Assembly: GCA_040880705.1 (NCBI GenBank)
Contig: JBBDHU010000006.1
Location: 422,832 to 486,831 of the forward strand
DNA from: Actinomycetota bacterium
GTDB taxonomy: Bacteria; Actinomycetota; UBA4738; JBBDHU01
Reading direction: 5' to 3'
DNA: 64,000 nt
This document shows positions 45,129-53,914 of the stretch, piece by piece. Position 1 is the stretch's first letter; every line of letters starts with the position of its first letter. A model generated the notes under the pieces. The model made no database searches and had not been told where the DNA came from. It saw only the letters and a program-made list of their open reading frames with translations. A program made the translations under genes and the position numbers.

Positions 45129-46318
45129 GCGGCCGCCTCGCCCAATCCCGACCGCAGCGCGTCGCACACCCTGGCGACCTCGGTCCTCGACAGGCCCCCG
45201 TATAGAGGAACGATGACATTGCGCGCCGCGGCGTCGTCCGTGACGGGGAGAGGGCCAGGCGCGAGGTGTGGTCTGACCGCGTACGGGGGCTGGCGATGCA
45301 CGGGTGGATCGAAGTAGGCTTTCGACTCGATTCCCTTCGCGTTGAGATGCAGAACGACTTTGTCGCGGTCGACTTCCTTCGACACCAGGAGGAACTCAAC
45401 AAACCACGACGGCTTTGCCCATGAAGCCGCGCGTGGGGTGGAGACGCCCTCGACTCCGGCCAGTTCTTCCTGATACCACGACACGACCCGGCTCCGCCGT
45501 TCGAGGATCTCATCTACCCGGCGCATCTGCGCGACGCCCAGGGCCGCGGACAACTCGTCGAGCCTGTAGTTGTAGCCGATTCTCGTGTGATGCAGCCAGG
45601 GGTCACCCGAGCGACGGCCCTGATTGCGCAAGCTTCTGATTCGCTCCTCGATGTCTGGATCAGTCCCGGTTGCCATTCCTCCTTCACCGGTCGTGATCTG
45701 CTTGTTCGGATAAAAACCGTACACGGTGATCTTTGCACCGGTCCCCGCATGAACCCACGCATCGGACCTTTGAAATTGCGAGCCCAGCGCCTCGCAGGAG
45801 TCGCTCACTACTGGGATCGAAGCGGGAGCCGCGATTTCAATGATCTCGTCGAGCTTCGCCGGATGCCCGAAGATGTCGACGGGCATGACTGCGGCAACTC
45901 GACGTCCCGTATTGGGATCGTGGAGGCCGTCCTCAGCCTCCTTACAGCTGTCGAGATATTGACGAAGCGCCGATGGCGAGAGACAAAGCGAATCGGGATC
46001 CACGTCGAGAAAGACAGGCTCGGCTCCTTCATAGGACAGCGCATTGGCCGCAGCGATGAAGGAAAGGGAGGAGGTGACCGCACAATCCTCGGGTCCGATG
46101 GACAAGGCTCTCACGGCAATGTGGAGAGCCGCGGTGCCACTCGAAACGGCGGCCGCCCAGGGACTCCCCACGAAACCTGCGAAAAGCCGCTCGAACTCGC
46201 CCGTCTTTGGACCCAACGCCAGCCGGCCACCGCGCAACGCGCCGAGCACCTCCTCCTCCTCGGCCGTTCCGAGGTCGGGCCTGGCAAGCGGTATCGGAGG
46301 ATCATTGTCGTTTTTCAT
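45125..46318 (-). CDS. DegT/DnrJ/EryC1/StrS-family aminotransferase (sugar 4-aminotransferase, PglE/WbpE-like)
   Basis: Region FAGFVGSPWAAAVSSGTAALHIA..., a PLP-lysine region (YPNKQITTGEGGMATGTD) and an NYRLDELSAALG motif. Length is 397 aa. Confidence 0.85.
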   Translation of the reverse strand: MKNDNDPPIPLARPDLGTAEEEEVLGALRGGRLALGPKTGEFERLFAGFVGSPWAAAVSSGTAALHIAVRALSIGPEDCAVTSSLSFIAAANALSYEGAEPVFLDVDPDSLCLSPSALRQYLDSCKEAEDGLHDPNTGRRVAAVMPVDIFGHPAKLDEIIEIAAPASIPVVSDSCEALGSQFQRSDAWVHAGTGAKITVYGFYPNKQITTGEGGMATGTDPDIEERIRSLRNQGRRSGDPWLHHTRIGYNYRLDELSAALGVAQMRRVDEILERRSRVVSWYQEELAGVEGVSTPRAASWAKPSWFVEFLLVSKEVDRDKVVLHLNAKGIESKAYFDPPVHRQPPYAVRPHLAPGPLPVTDDAAARNVIVPLYGGLSRTEVARVCDALRSGLGEAAA

Positions 46319-46401
46319 CGGCGCCCCGAAATGGTGTCGTGAGACTGCAGGATAGCCGGTCGAGCGTGCTGAATCTCTCTGTTCCCCCGGTTCGGCATTG
46401 C

Positions 46402-47538
46402 CTAGCCGAGCACATCCCGGTAGAGGCTCTCCAGTTCCATCGTCGTGCGATGAATGTCGAAGCGGCCGGAAGCGAGGGCAGCGCGCTTGGCCATGCTCGC
46501 CGCCATCGCCGGATCGGCCATCATTCTCAAGACTCCCTCGGCGAGCGCCTCCGAATTCGCCGGGTCAACCAACCACGCGTCCTCCCCGTGACGCAGAGTC
46601 TCCTCGATCGCCGGAATGCGCGTCGCCACTATTGGTCCGCCTACCGCCATCGCCTCGAGGAGAGCGTTTCCTTGTCCCTCCCACAGCGAGGGAAAGACGA
46701 AGACGTCGCATCTCGAGAGCAAAGAAGGCACATCGCTCCGAATCCCGAGGAATGTAACGCTCTTCCCCAGAGGTCTCGCACGCTGCTCGAGGACCGGGCG
46801 CGAATAGCCGTCGCCCGCTATCAGCAGGACGGCGCCCGGATACTCCGCAAGTATCTTCGGCATCGCGTCGATCAGATACCGGTGGCCCTTCTGGGGAGCC
46901 AGCCTTCCGACGGACAGGATCGACGGCCGCCCGGGGTTCTCGATCGCGGGATGAGGATCCTCCGCCGCCCGTCTTGCAAGTTCTTCCAACGGCTGGCCTC
47001 GCGCGACGACCGAGAACCTGGACCTATCCCACGAGCGCCCTCGAATCGGGTTCTTTGCCGCAGCTTGAGAGATCGCCACAAAGCGATCCACCAGGAAACG
47101 ACCGGTCAGCTCGTCCAACAACGCCACAACTTGAGCCTTGCGGGCCGTGACCCGCGGCAACTCAGCCTGGTCGCGACCGTGAGGATCCGCATTGAGGACA
47201 TGAGAGATAACTTTCACCCGGGCAATGCGTCCGGCAATGCGTCCGGCGATCGATGACCACACCACCTGTGTATGGATGGCGTCAAACCGACCGCGTCGCA
47301 GAAGCCGGACCAGCCGCGGTACTTGCAGCAACGCCCTGGGCCCCCGGCCGGACTCGAGCGCGTGAACCGGAATGCCGAGCGCTTCGATGTCTCTTCGGAG
47401 AGTCATCGGCTCCCACAATGACGCTACCTCGCCGTCGATGTAGTCGCGATTCAAGAACCGCAGCGTTAGGACAAGCCCTCGTTCCGCCCCGCCAATGCCG
47501 AGGCTATCTACGAGAAAGAGAATGCGCCGGGTAATCAC
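46402..47538 (-). CDS. glycosyltransferase family 4
   Basis: N-terminus LVDSLGIGGAER and the C-terminal E-x7-E region (FVFPSLWEGQGNALLEAMAVGGPIVAT) are typical of GT4 retaining GT-B enzymes. Confidence 0.8.
   Translation of the reverse strand: MITRRILFLVDSLGIGGAERGLVLTLRFLNRDYIDGEVASLWEPMTLRRDIEALGIPVHALESGRGPRALLQVPRLVRLLRRGRFDAIHTQVVWSSIAGRIAGRIARVKVISHVLNADPHGRDQAELPRVTARKAQVVALLDELTGRFLVDRFVAISQAAAKNPIRGRSWDRSRFSVVARGQPLEELARRAAEDPHPAIENPGRPSILSVGRLAPQKGHRYLIDAMPKILAEYPGAVLLIAGDGYSRPVLEQRARPLGKSVTFLGIRSDVPSLLSRCDVFVFPSLWEGQGNALLEAMAVGGPIVATRIPAIEETLRHGEDAWLVDPANSEALAEGVLRMMADPAMAASMAKRAALASGRFDIHRTTMELESLYRDVLG
47221..47244 (-). repeat. 2 tandem copies of a 12-bp unit (ggcaatgcgtcc), in frame inside the GT4 gene; it encodes AGRIAGRI
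   Basis: Read directly from the sequence at 47221-47232 and 47233-47244. It is a second example of a short in-frame tandem duplication in this window. Confidence 0.85.
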
Positions 47539-47587
47539 GGGAATCTATCACGCATAATTCGAGCCTCCTGCGTCGTAAGGTAGGCGT

Positions 47588-48787
47588 ATGACGGCAGAAG
47601 CGCCCCGTGTAGCCGACGTCGTTCCATCTCTCAAGCTCCGCGGCGCCGAGGTTTTCGTCCAACAGCTCGAGAGCGTTCTCCGTGACAAATACAACTTTCG
47701 TCTGTTCACGCTCTACAACGAAGGCAATCCGCTTCCGGTTGGTGGGCGGCACCTGGACATCAGCCGCGGTGTCTCACAGGGGCCGGGTCGCAGGCTGCGA
47801 GCCGCCCTTGACCTCCGTCGCCGGGTGACCGCATTCGGTCCCCGCGTCATCCATGTACGAGGAGGCGATCCATTGCGCCTGTGTGTCCTCGCAGGCCTTC
47901 ACCGGATAGCCCCACTCGTTTATGTACGAATTTCGGAGGTGCCATCGAACCTACGGACACCACTCAGAACGCTGTCCATCCGCGCGGCCTACGCGCGGGT
48001 GTCCGTCTTTGTAGCCGTCAGTGAATCACTTCGGCGAGAGATGGTCGAGGTGTTCGGGATACCGCCCGAGCGCATAGAGGTCATCCCGACGGGGAGGCTC
48101 GGTCCCCCCTTGCCGTCGTCCGAGGAGACCTCAACAATCCGAGACGAGGTCGGCGCGAGGCCGGGCGGTCCGCTCGTTTCCTGGGTTGGTCGCCTGTCCG
48201 CAGAAAAGAACCCCGAAGCCGCACTGGCCGTTGCTCGTCATCTGGAGAAGCTCGCCCCAGAGGCGACACTGGTTGTCGTCGGGGATGGGCCGCTCGAGCA
48301 AACCATCCGAGCCCGGGCGGGCAGCAACGTTACGTTTGCAGGGGCCCGCCCCGATGCCGCCCGGATCATCGCCGCATCGGACATCTTGCTTTCAACGAGT
48401 GCCCACGAGGGTCTGCCGGGCGTCGTCGTCGAGGCGTTACTCTCCGGAGTTCCGGTAGTGGCCAATGATGTCGGCGGGATCGGCGAAGCGATCACGGATG
48501 GCGAGACCGGCCTTCTCGTGCCCGCGAGCAGCCGCGAGGCCTTGGCGCGGGCCGTGGTACGAATCGCGCATGATCCCGCCCTCCGGGCTCGCATGGCCGA
48601 AAAGGCGAGGCGTTCCGCCCAACGATTTGAGATGGGCACGGTCTCCGAGGAATACGACCTTCTGTATCGCAAGCTTGGCGTCCTCGCTAGCGGCGAGGAC
48701 CAACGCTTAACGCATACTCGGAGGCCTCCGCCACGGACGGACGCAACGAGCGAGCCAGATGCCAAAGATTCGCAGCCTCCGGCCTGA
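47588..48787 (+). CDS. glycosyltransferase family 4 (with a Pro/Thr/Asp-rich C-terminal tail)
   Basis: GT4 C-terminal motif (LSTSAHEGLPGVVVEALLSGVPVVANDVGGIGE). The tail RPPPRTDATSEPDAKDSQPPA overlaps the convergent GT2 gene. Confidence 0.75.
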   Translation: MTAEAPRVADVVPSLKLRGAEVFVQQLESVLRDKYNFRLFTLYNEGNPLPVGGRHLDISRGVSQGPGRRLRAALDLRRRVTAFGPRVIHVRGGDPLRLCVLAGLHRIAPLVYVRISEVPSNLRTPLRTLSIRAAYARVSVFVAVSESLRREMVEVFGIPPERIEVIPTGRLGPPLPSSEETSTIRDEVGARPGGPLVSWVGRLSAEKNPEAALAVARHLEKLAPEATLVVVGDGPLEQTIRARAGSNVTFAGARPDAARIIAASDILLSTSAHEGLPGVVVEALLSGVPVVANDVGGIGEAITDGETGLLVPASSREALARAVVRIAHDPALRARMAEKARRSAQRFEMGTVSEEYDLLYRKLGVLASGEDQRLTHTRRPPPRTDATSEPDAKDSQPPA

Positions 48788-49532
48788 TCCTGAGAGACCG
48801 CAGCAGCGCCGATCGAGCAAGCCTTTGATCACCGAGTCGGTTGGCCATGAGACCAACCCTTTTCCAAAGAAAGGCAGTCGCCCGCGGATGCGCGGTGAAG
48901 TAGCCCGAGTATTCGTCCAGGAGCATCAACCTGCACCTGATGCGCGAGCGAAGATCCGTGTACTTTCGGGGACCACTCGCCCCCCGGAACATGTAACCGA
49001 CCTGTGGAACGGTTGCCACGCGGTGTTCCCGCGCGAGTCGGAGCCACCACTCGATATCCTCCGCCGCGGCGTATCTTGGATCGAACTTCGGCGCGATCCT
49101 CGCTTCGAGCGCCGTCCGGCCGACGTGCGGGGCCATTCCGTCAAGGATCGTGTCGTAAACGTTGCCTTCCAGGATCCTTCCTCGCCGGGGGTTGGCCCAG
49201 CAAACGGCAATGGGAGCGCGTTCGAGTCCCTCCAGGGCGATCTCCAATCGCCTCTCAGTGAACACGTCGTCGTCGTCGAGAAACGCGAGGAAGCGGCCTC
49301 TCGCGCCATCGAGGCCCGTGTTTCGCGCGGCCGACGGCCCGCCGTTGTTCTCTCTTCGGACTAGCTTGAGACGCGGGTCATCCGGGACGTTCACCGGTTC
49401 GGGGCTCGCATCATCGACGACTATGCACTCGAAATCCTGAATGCTCTGATTGAGTAGCGATTCAATCGCGGTGCGAAGATACACAGGACGTCCGTGAGTC
49501 GGAATGATTATGCTGAATAGCGGCGTCGCCAC
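48687..49532 (-). CDS. glycosyltransferase family 2
   Basis: N-terminus FSIIIPTHGRPVYLRTAIESLLNQS and the VVDDASPEP / DDDD motifs are GT2 (GT-A, DxD) signatures. Confidence 0.75.
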   Translation of the reverse strand: MATPLFSIIIPTHGRPVYLRTAIESLLNQSIQDFECIVVDDASPEPVNVPDDPRLKLVRRENNGGPSAARNTGLDGARGRFLAFLDDDDVFTERRLEIALEGLERAPIAVCWANPRRGRILEGNVYDTILDGMAPHVGRTALEARIAPKFDPRYAAAEDIEWWLRLAREHRVATVPQVGYMFRGASGPRKYTDLRSRIRCRLMLLDEYSGYFTAHPRATAFLWKRVGLMANRLGDQRLARSALLRSLRIRPEAANLWHLARSLRPSVAEASEYALSVGPRR

Positions 49533-49603
49533 GAGGCCATGATAGTGGGAAACGTGCTCTCACGATCTTCTCTCACGGCCAGGCCCTTTGCTAGTTTGTT
49601 GGC

Positions 49604-50593
49604 GTGCCGGATCTTGCGCCTTTCCCGTTCATAGTCGGTGCCGAGCGATCGGGTACGACTCTTCTTAGGGTGATGCTCGATCAGCATCCCGACCTGGCCA
49701 TCCCACCGGAGTCCTACTTTCCCGTCTCCATGCGTCCACGACGGGTAGCAGGGGATAAAGACCCCTTCGACGGGGAACGGTTTACGAACAACCTGCTGGT
49801 TCATCCATGGTTTCAAAAATGGAAGCTCGACGCGTCCGCCGTGCTTTCGGCAATGGAAAGGCCGGGTCACATCGACTACCCGGAGGCGATTCGCCGCGTT
49901 TATGGAGCCTATGCCGAATCTCGAGGGAAGCGAGACTATGGCGACAAAACACCCTCCTTTGTGCTTCACATCGACTTGTTATCAGCCATGTTCCCCGAGA
50001 GCCTCTTCGTGCACATCATTAGGGACGGGAGGGATGTCGTCGCCTCCATCCTGGAACGCCGGTGGGGATCCGGACACCTGACGACAGGCGCGGCGACGTG
50101 GGCCGGGCGGGTTGATCGCGGCCGAGCCTGCGGATTGAAACTCGGCGCCGACCGGTACAGGGAAGTCATGTACGAAAGCCTTGTGTCGGAACCCCGTCGG
50201 ATTCTCGAGGAGATTTGCGATTTCCTTGGCATTGCGATGGTCCCGGAGATGTTGAACTACTACGAACACTTTGACGAGCTCGTACCTCAAGCCGAACGCG
50301 AACAGTTTCGCCACCTGTCGCGCCCGCCAACGGCCGGATTACGCGATTGGCGGCGCGACATGCGTCCTTCCGATGTCGCGACCATCGAGGCCGTCGCCGG
50401 CCGGACTCTTTCTGAACTCGGCTACGAGAGAGCATTTTCGGATCCTCCGACCGGTGCTCGTATCCGCGCGGCAGCCGGCGCTCAGCTCATGCGCGCACGT
50501 CGCACCAAGCGCAGGATCAAGAAGGTGCTTCGGCGTGCGATCCCACAGCGAAAACGAGGGAACGCGAGCAAGCGGATCACGAGGGAAGCCTAG
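49604..50593 (+). CDS. sulfotransferase family protein (PAPS-dependent, Stf-like), paralog 2
   Basis: FPFIVGAERSGTTLLRVMLDQHPDLAIPPESYF (5'-PSB) and IIRDGRDVVASI (3'-PB) are present, with a basic C-terminal tail. Confidence 0.75.
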   Translation: MPDLAPFPFIVGAERSGTTLLRVMLDQHPDLAIPPESYFPVSMRPRRVAGDKDPFDGERFTNNLLVHPWFQKWKLDASAVLSAMERPGHIDYPEAIRRVYGAYAESRGKRDYGDKTPSFVLHIDLLSAMFPESLFVHIIRDGRDVVASILERRWGSGHLTTGAATWAGRVDRGRACGLKLGADRYREVMYESLVSEPRRILEEICDFLGIAMVPEMLNYYEHFDELVPQAEREQFRHLSRPPTAGLRDWRRDMRPSDVATIEAVAGRTLSELGYERAFSDPPTGARIRAAAGAQLMRARRTKRRIKKVLRRAIPQRKRGNASKRITREA

Positions 50594-51384
50594 GGAGCCG
50601 GAGTCTCGCTCCCCTGGACCTCTCTTCTGTAGAGATCAATGACCTCGTCCGTCGGTCCATCCGCCCTTACGACGGCACGGTCGAGGTAAACGACTCGAGA
50701 ACACACCCTCTTCACGTCGGCCAGCATGTGGGATACGAATACGAGGGTTTGTCCCCGAGCGCGCATTTCGTCCAATCGCCGCAAACATCTCTGCTGGAAA
50801 GACTCATCGCCAACGGCCAGTACTTCGTCAACAAGAAGCACGTCCGGGTCGAGGTGGACTGCCACAGAGAACCCCAGTCGGACCTCCATGCCGGACGAAT
50901 AACGCTTGACCGGCGTGTCGATGAACCGGCCCAGTTCGGCGAACTCGACGATCTCCTCGAAGCGGCGGCGGATCTCCTTGCGAGAGAGTCCTAGGATCGT
51001 GCCGTACAGGAAAAGGTTCTCTCTGCCCGTCAGCTCGGGGTGAATCCCGCTTCGGATCTCGATCAGTGAACCTATCCGGCCTCGTGTTTTGACGGTTCCG
51101 GACCAGGGCTCGGTTATGCGTGACATCAGCTTAAGCGTCGTCGACTTCCCGCTGCCGTTCGGACCGATGATCCCAACTGCCTCTCCGTCCCGAACATCGA
51201 AGGAAGCGTCCGCAAGCGCCCAAATCTTCGTGCTAGGCACATTCGAGGAGCGACGGAGCCCCGCACGCTCAAGCGCAGTCGAGAACTCTCCGGCCAAGGT
51301 GCGACTCTTCCTGCGCCGATTTCCCAAGCGGTAACGCTTCCACACCCTGTCAAAGTGGATGATCACATCTCCTTCAGATGACAT
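50590..51384 (-). CDS. wzt: ABC transporter ATP-binding protein of a polysaccharide exporter (Wzt/TagH/KpsT-like)
   Basis: Walker A GIIGPNGSGKSTTLK, ABC signature YSSGMEVRLGF and Walker B VLLVDEVLAVGD. Start placed at ATG 51384 (MSSEGDVIIHFDRV). The track's longer N-terminus is Pro/Gly-rich and overlaps wzm. Confidence 0.8.
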   Translation of the reverse strand: MSSEGDVIIHFDRVWKRYRLGNRRRKSRTLAGEFSTALERAGLRRSSNVPSTKIWALADASFDVRDGEAVGIIGPNGSGKSTTLKLMSRITEPWSGTVKTRGRIGSLIEIRSGIHPELTGRENLFLYGTILGLSRKEIRRRFEEIVEFAELGRFIDTPVKRYSSGMEVRLGFSVAVHLDPDVLLVDEVLAVGDESFQQRCLRRLDEMRARGQTLVFVSHMLADVKRVCSRVVYLDRAVVRADGPTDEVIDLYRREVQGSETPAP

Positions 51385-52423
51385 CGGCGAAGGTCCTGTC
51401 GATCCGCTTGTACCACCAGTAAGCCAGCCCGAGCCCGACAGTGGACACGGCCGCGGCCGAACCAAGTGGTCCCCACAAGGGCCATTCCCCGTGGGCAAGG
51501 ATGCGCCTGAAACCGTCCATGATCGGCGCGAGGGGATTCAGATAGACATACGCGTCCGCCAGAGAGCCGTGCAGCACCCCTTCAGGTCCGATCATCTTCG
51601 CCAGGGGGTATGCAACCGGGGTCGCAAAGAGCGCAATCTGGAGGAGCAGCGGTATCCCGTATCGCGTGTCTCGGAAGTAGACCGTTACCGCAGAGAACAC
51701 GAGCGTCACGGCGAGCGAAAACATCGTCAGGATCAGGAGGATGAGCGGATAGGCTATCCATTCGACCTGGGGCGAGAAGCCGTAGGCAATGAGCATGCCG
51801 AACAAAATCACCGTAGAAACGCCGAAATCGACTCCCGAGGAAAGAACGGACGACGCCGGAAAAATCTCCCGCGGCATGTAGATCTTTCTAATGATTGGGG
51901 CATTCGTGATGATGCTGCTGGTCCCCGTCGTGACCGCGCTGGAGAACAATGACCAGGGGACGAGCGCCGTGTAGGAAAAAATGGGATATGGGAGACCCTC
52001 GCTCCCGACTTGGGCGATCCTTCCGAACACCACCGAGAAGATCACCATTAATGTCAGTGGTTGAAGTACAGCCCATACCGCCCCGAGCGCCGCTTGCTTG
52101 TATCTGACCCTAAGGTCCCTCTCCACGAACGTGAGGACGATCTCCCACCGATGAACCAGCTCGGCCAACGCCGCGCGAAGAGAAAGCGGGTAGCGCGTCC
52201 TCGGGGGCGGTTCCAGATCCAGGTCCTCGGTTACACGCGGCCTTACGCGCGGAATCGCCCTGTGGAGACGCTCGGCTTCTTCGAATTCTTCTTGGGTTGC
52301 CGCCTCGAAGAAACCGTCACTCCCCTTGGCCGCGCGCTTCACCATCGGTGATTGCAAATGGAGGTCAGACTCGTCGGCTTCCCCGGTTTCGGGAACGGGG
52401 GGCTCACGTTCCTCGGGCTTCAC
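51374..52423 (-). CDS. wzm: ABC-2 type polysaccharide export permease (Wzm/TagG-like)
   Basis: 6 TM helices and the ABC-2 motif region (LVHRWEIVLTFVERDLRVRYKQAALGAVWAVLQP). The true start may lie 25-30 codons inside (MVKRAAKG...). The acidic N-terminal stretch is uncertain. Confidence 0.75.
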   Translation of the reverse strand: MKPEEREPPVPETGEADESDLHLQSPMVKRAAKGSDGFFEAATQEEFEEAERLHRAIPRVRPRVTEDLDLEPPPRTRYPLSLRAALAELVHRWEIVLTFVERDLRVRYKQAALGAVWAVLQPLTLMVIFSVVFGRIAQVGSEGLPYPIFSYTALVPWSLFSSAVTTGTSSIITNAPIIRKIYMPREIFPASSVLSSGVDFGVSTVILFGMLIAYGFSPQVEWIAYPLILLILTMFSLAVTLVFSAVTVYFRDTRYGIPLLLQIALFATPVAYPLAKMIGPEGVLHGSLADAYVYLNPLAPIMDGFRRILAHGEWPLWGPLGSAAAVSTVGLGLAYWWYKRIDRTFADVI

Positions 52424-52470
52424 GGACGCATTCTACAGAAGGCTACGTGGCGGCCGTATGCTGTCTGGCG

Positions 52471-53277
52471 ATGTCGAGGGTAGTAGCCGTCATCGTCACC
52501 TACAAACGCCCGGAGTTGCTAAGACGCTGCGTCGAGGCGGCATTGCGGCAAACCCGCCGGCCAGATCTCGTTCTGATTGTGGACAACGACCGGATGGCTC
52601 GGCAGGCACTTGATGATTACTTGCCGAACGGCAAGGCACGTCTGGAAGTCATCGAGACAGGCAGTAACTTGGGGCCCGCCGGTGGCTACGAGATCGGCTT
52701 CCGCCTCGCCCTGGAACGAGGGGCGGACAAAATATGGACCCTGGACGACGACGACGAGCCAATGCCCGATTGTCTCGAGAAGTTGCTCGCCGCCGGCGGG
52801 GCCATAGTCACCCCCCTCGAAATTAGGCCCTCCGGATGGGAGGGATTTGCCGGCTCATGGAACGGTGGCCTCATTGACTCGGAGGTGGTCCGCCGTGTCG
52901 GTCCTCCCCGCCGCGAGCTGTTCTTCTGGGCGGAGGACACCGAGTTCTTCCTCCGGGCTAAGCTGGCCGGTTTCCTGCGCCAACGCGAACCGGCGGCAAT
53001 CGTCAAGCACGCCCAGCCCGACGCCCGCCGGCCTGGGGTTGCCAGGAATTGGCGGCTCTACTACGAGATCCGCAACACGCTCTACGTACGCCTCAAGGTC
53101 AGGGACGCCTCACCGAGGCAGGCGTATCGAGCCTCCCTCTCGGTCCTGGGGAAGCCCCTTCGCATCCTGCTGTTCGAGCCTGGGAAACGCGACTCCATGC
53201 GGCTGTGGTGGTGGGGAGTCAGGGACTTTCTTCGGGGACGATTGGGGAAGGTCGTGGACCCCGAGGATCACCGGTAA
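52471..53277 (+). CDS. glycosyltransferase family 2 (GT-A fold)
   Basis: Start placed at ATG 52471 (MSRVVAVIVTYKRPELLRRCVEAAL). The DxD motif is WTLDDDDEP and a GlfT/rhamnosyltransferase-like organisation follows. The track ORF extends 58 codons upstream. Confidence 0.7.
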   Translation: MSRVVAVIVTYKRPELLRRCVEAALRQTRRPDLVLIVDNDRMARQALDDYLPNGKARLEVIETGSNLGPAGGYEIGFRLALERGADKIWTLDDDDEPMPDCLEKLLAAGGAIVTPLEIRPSGWEGFAGSWNGGLIDSEVVRRVGPPRRELFFWAEDTEFFLRAKLAGFLRQREPAAIVKHAQPDARRPGVARNWRLYYEIRNTLYVRLKVRDASPRQAYRASLSVLGKPLRILLFEPGKRDSMRLWWWGVRDFLRGRLGKVVDPEDHR

Positions 53278-53353
53278 TCCCTCGGATGCGTGCTCGATGG
53301 GTTGATGTCCGCGGAAATCCGAGGCATAATCTGGCGGTCCGACGAGAAGGGGG

Positions 53354-53824
53354 ATGCACATGAGGCAACGCGCTGCTCTGGTTGTCGTAGCAGTCGCACT
53401 CTTCGCAATGGCGGCCTACGCACAACCGGCGTTGGCTGCCGTTATCGTTTGTGGAGGTGGGGACTGCATCGGGACATCTAGTCCCGACGACATCACCGGC
53501 ACAGACGGATACGACCGAATTGAAGGCCGCGCTGGGGGCGACACGATTAGTGCCCTCAACAGCTCGGACAAGGTCTTTGGCCAGCTGGGAGCCGACTGGA
53601 TGCACGGTGACGGCGGTCACGACAGGATGAGGGGTGGCGGCTCCGACGACACGATCTGGGGCGACGCCCAACACGACCGTGTCTGGGGCGGTCCAAACGA
53701 CGACACGTTGAACATGCAGGACGACAATTCGGACCCGGTAGTCAACGGAGGTAACGGGTACGACGTCTGCAACGTGGACGCAATCGACACGTGGAGCAAC
53801 TGCGAGGTCGTTAACGTCGCTTAG
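53354..53824 (+). CDS. small secreted calcium-binding repeat protein (RTX-like), paralogous in its N-terminal motif to the 39386 protein
   Basis: Signal peptide AALVVVAVALFAMAAYAQPALAA, then CGGGDCIGTSSPDDITGTDGYDRIEGRAGGDTI..GDGGHDRMRGGGSDDTIWGDAQHDRVWGGPNDD, which are GGxGxD repeats. The Cys-containing start C..GDC.G...ITGT.G.D.IEG is shared with the 39386 protein. Confidence 0.6.
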   Translation: MHMRQRAALVVVAVALFAMAAYAQPALAAVIVCGGGDCIGTSSPDDITGTDGYDRIEGRAGGDTISALNSSDKVFGQLGADWMHGDGGHDRMRGGGSDDTIWGDAQHDRVWGGPNDDTLNMQDDNSDPVVNGGNGYDVCNVDAIDTWSNCEVVNVA

Positions 53825-53830
53825 CTGAGG

Positions 53831-53882
53831 CTGCAAAAGCAAACGAAGCGGGGACGAGAGTCCCCGCTTCTTGCTTTTGCAG
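53831..53882 (+). terminator. long near-perfect hairpin (about 23-bp stem with a 2-nt bulge, 6-nt loop) immediately after the small RTX gene
   Basis: ctgcaaaagcaaacgaagcgggga cgagag tccccgcttcttgcttttgcag, read directly from the sequence. No T-tract follows on either strand, consistent with the U-tract-less terminators common in high-GC Actinobacteria. Confidence 0.45.
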
Positions 53883-53914
53883 GGTGACGAAGGTGGCCCG
53901 GATATACTCGCTCG

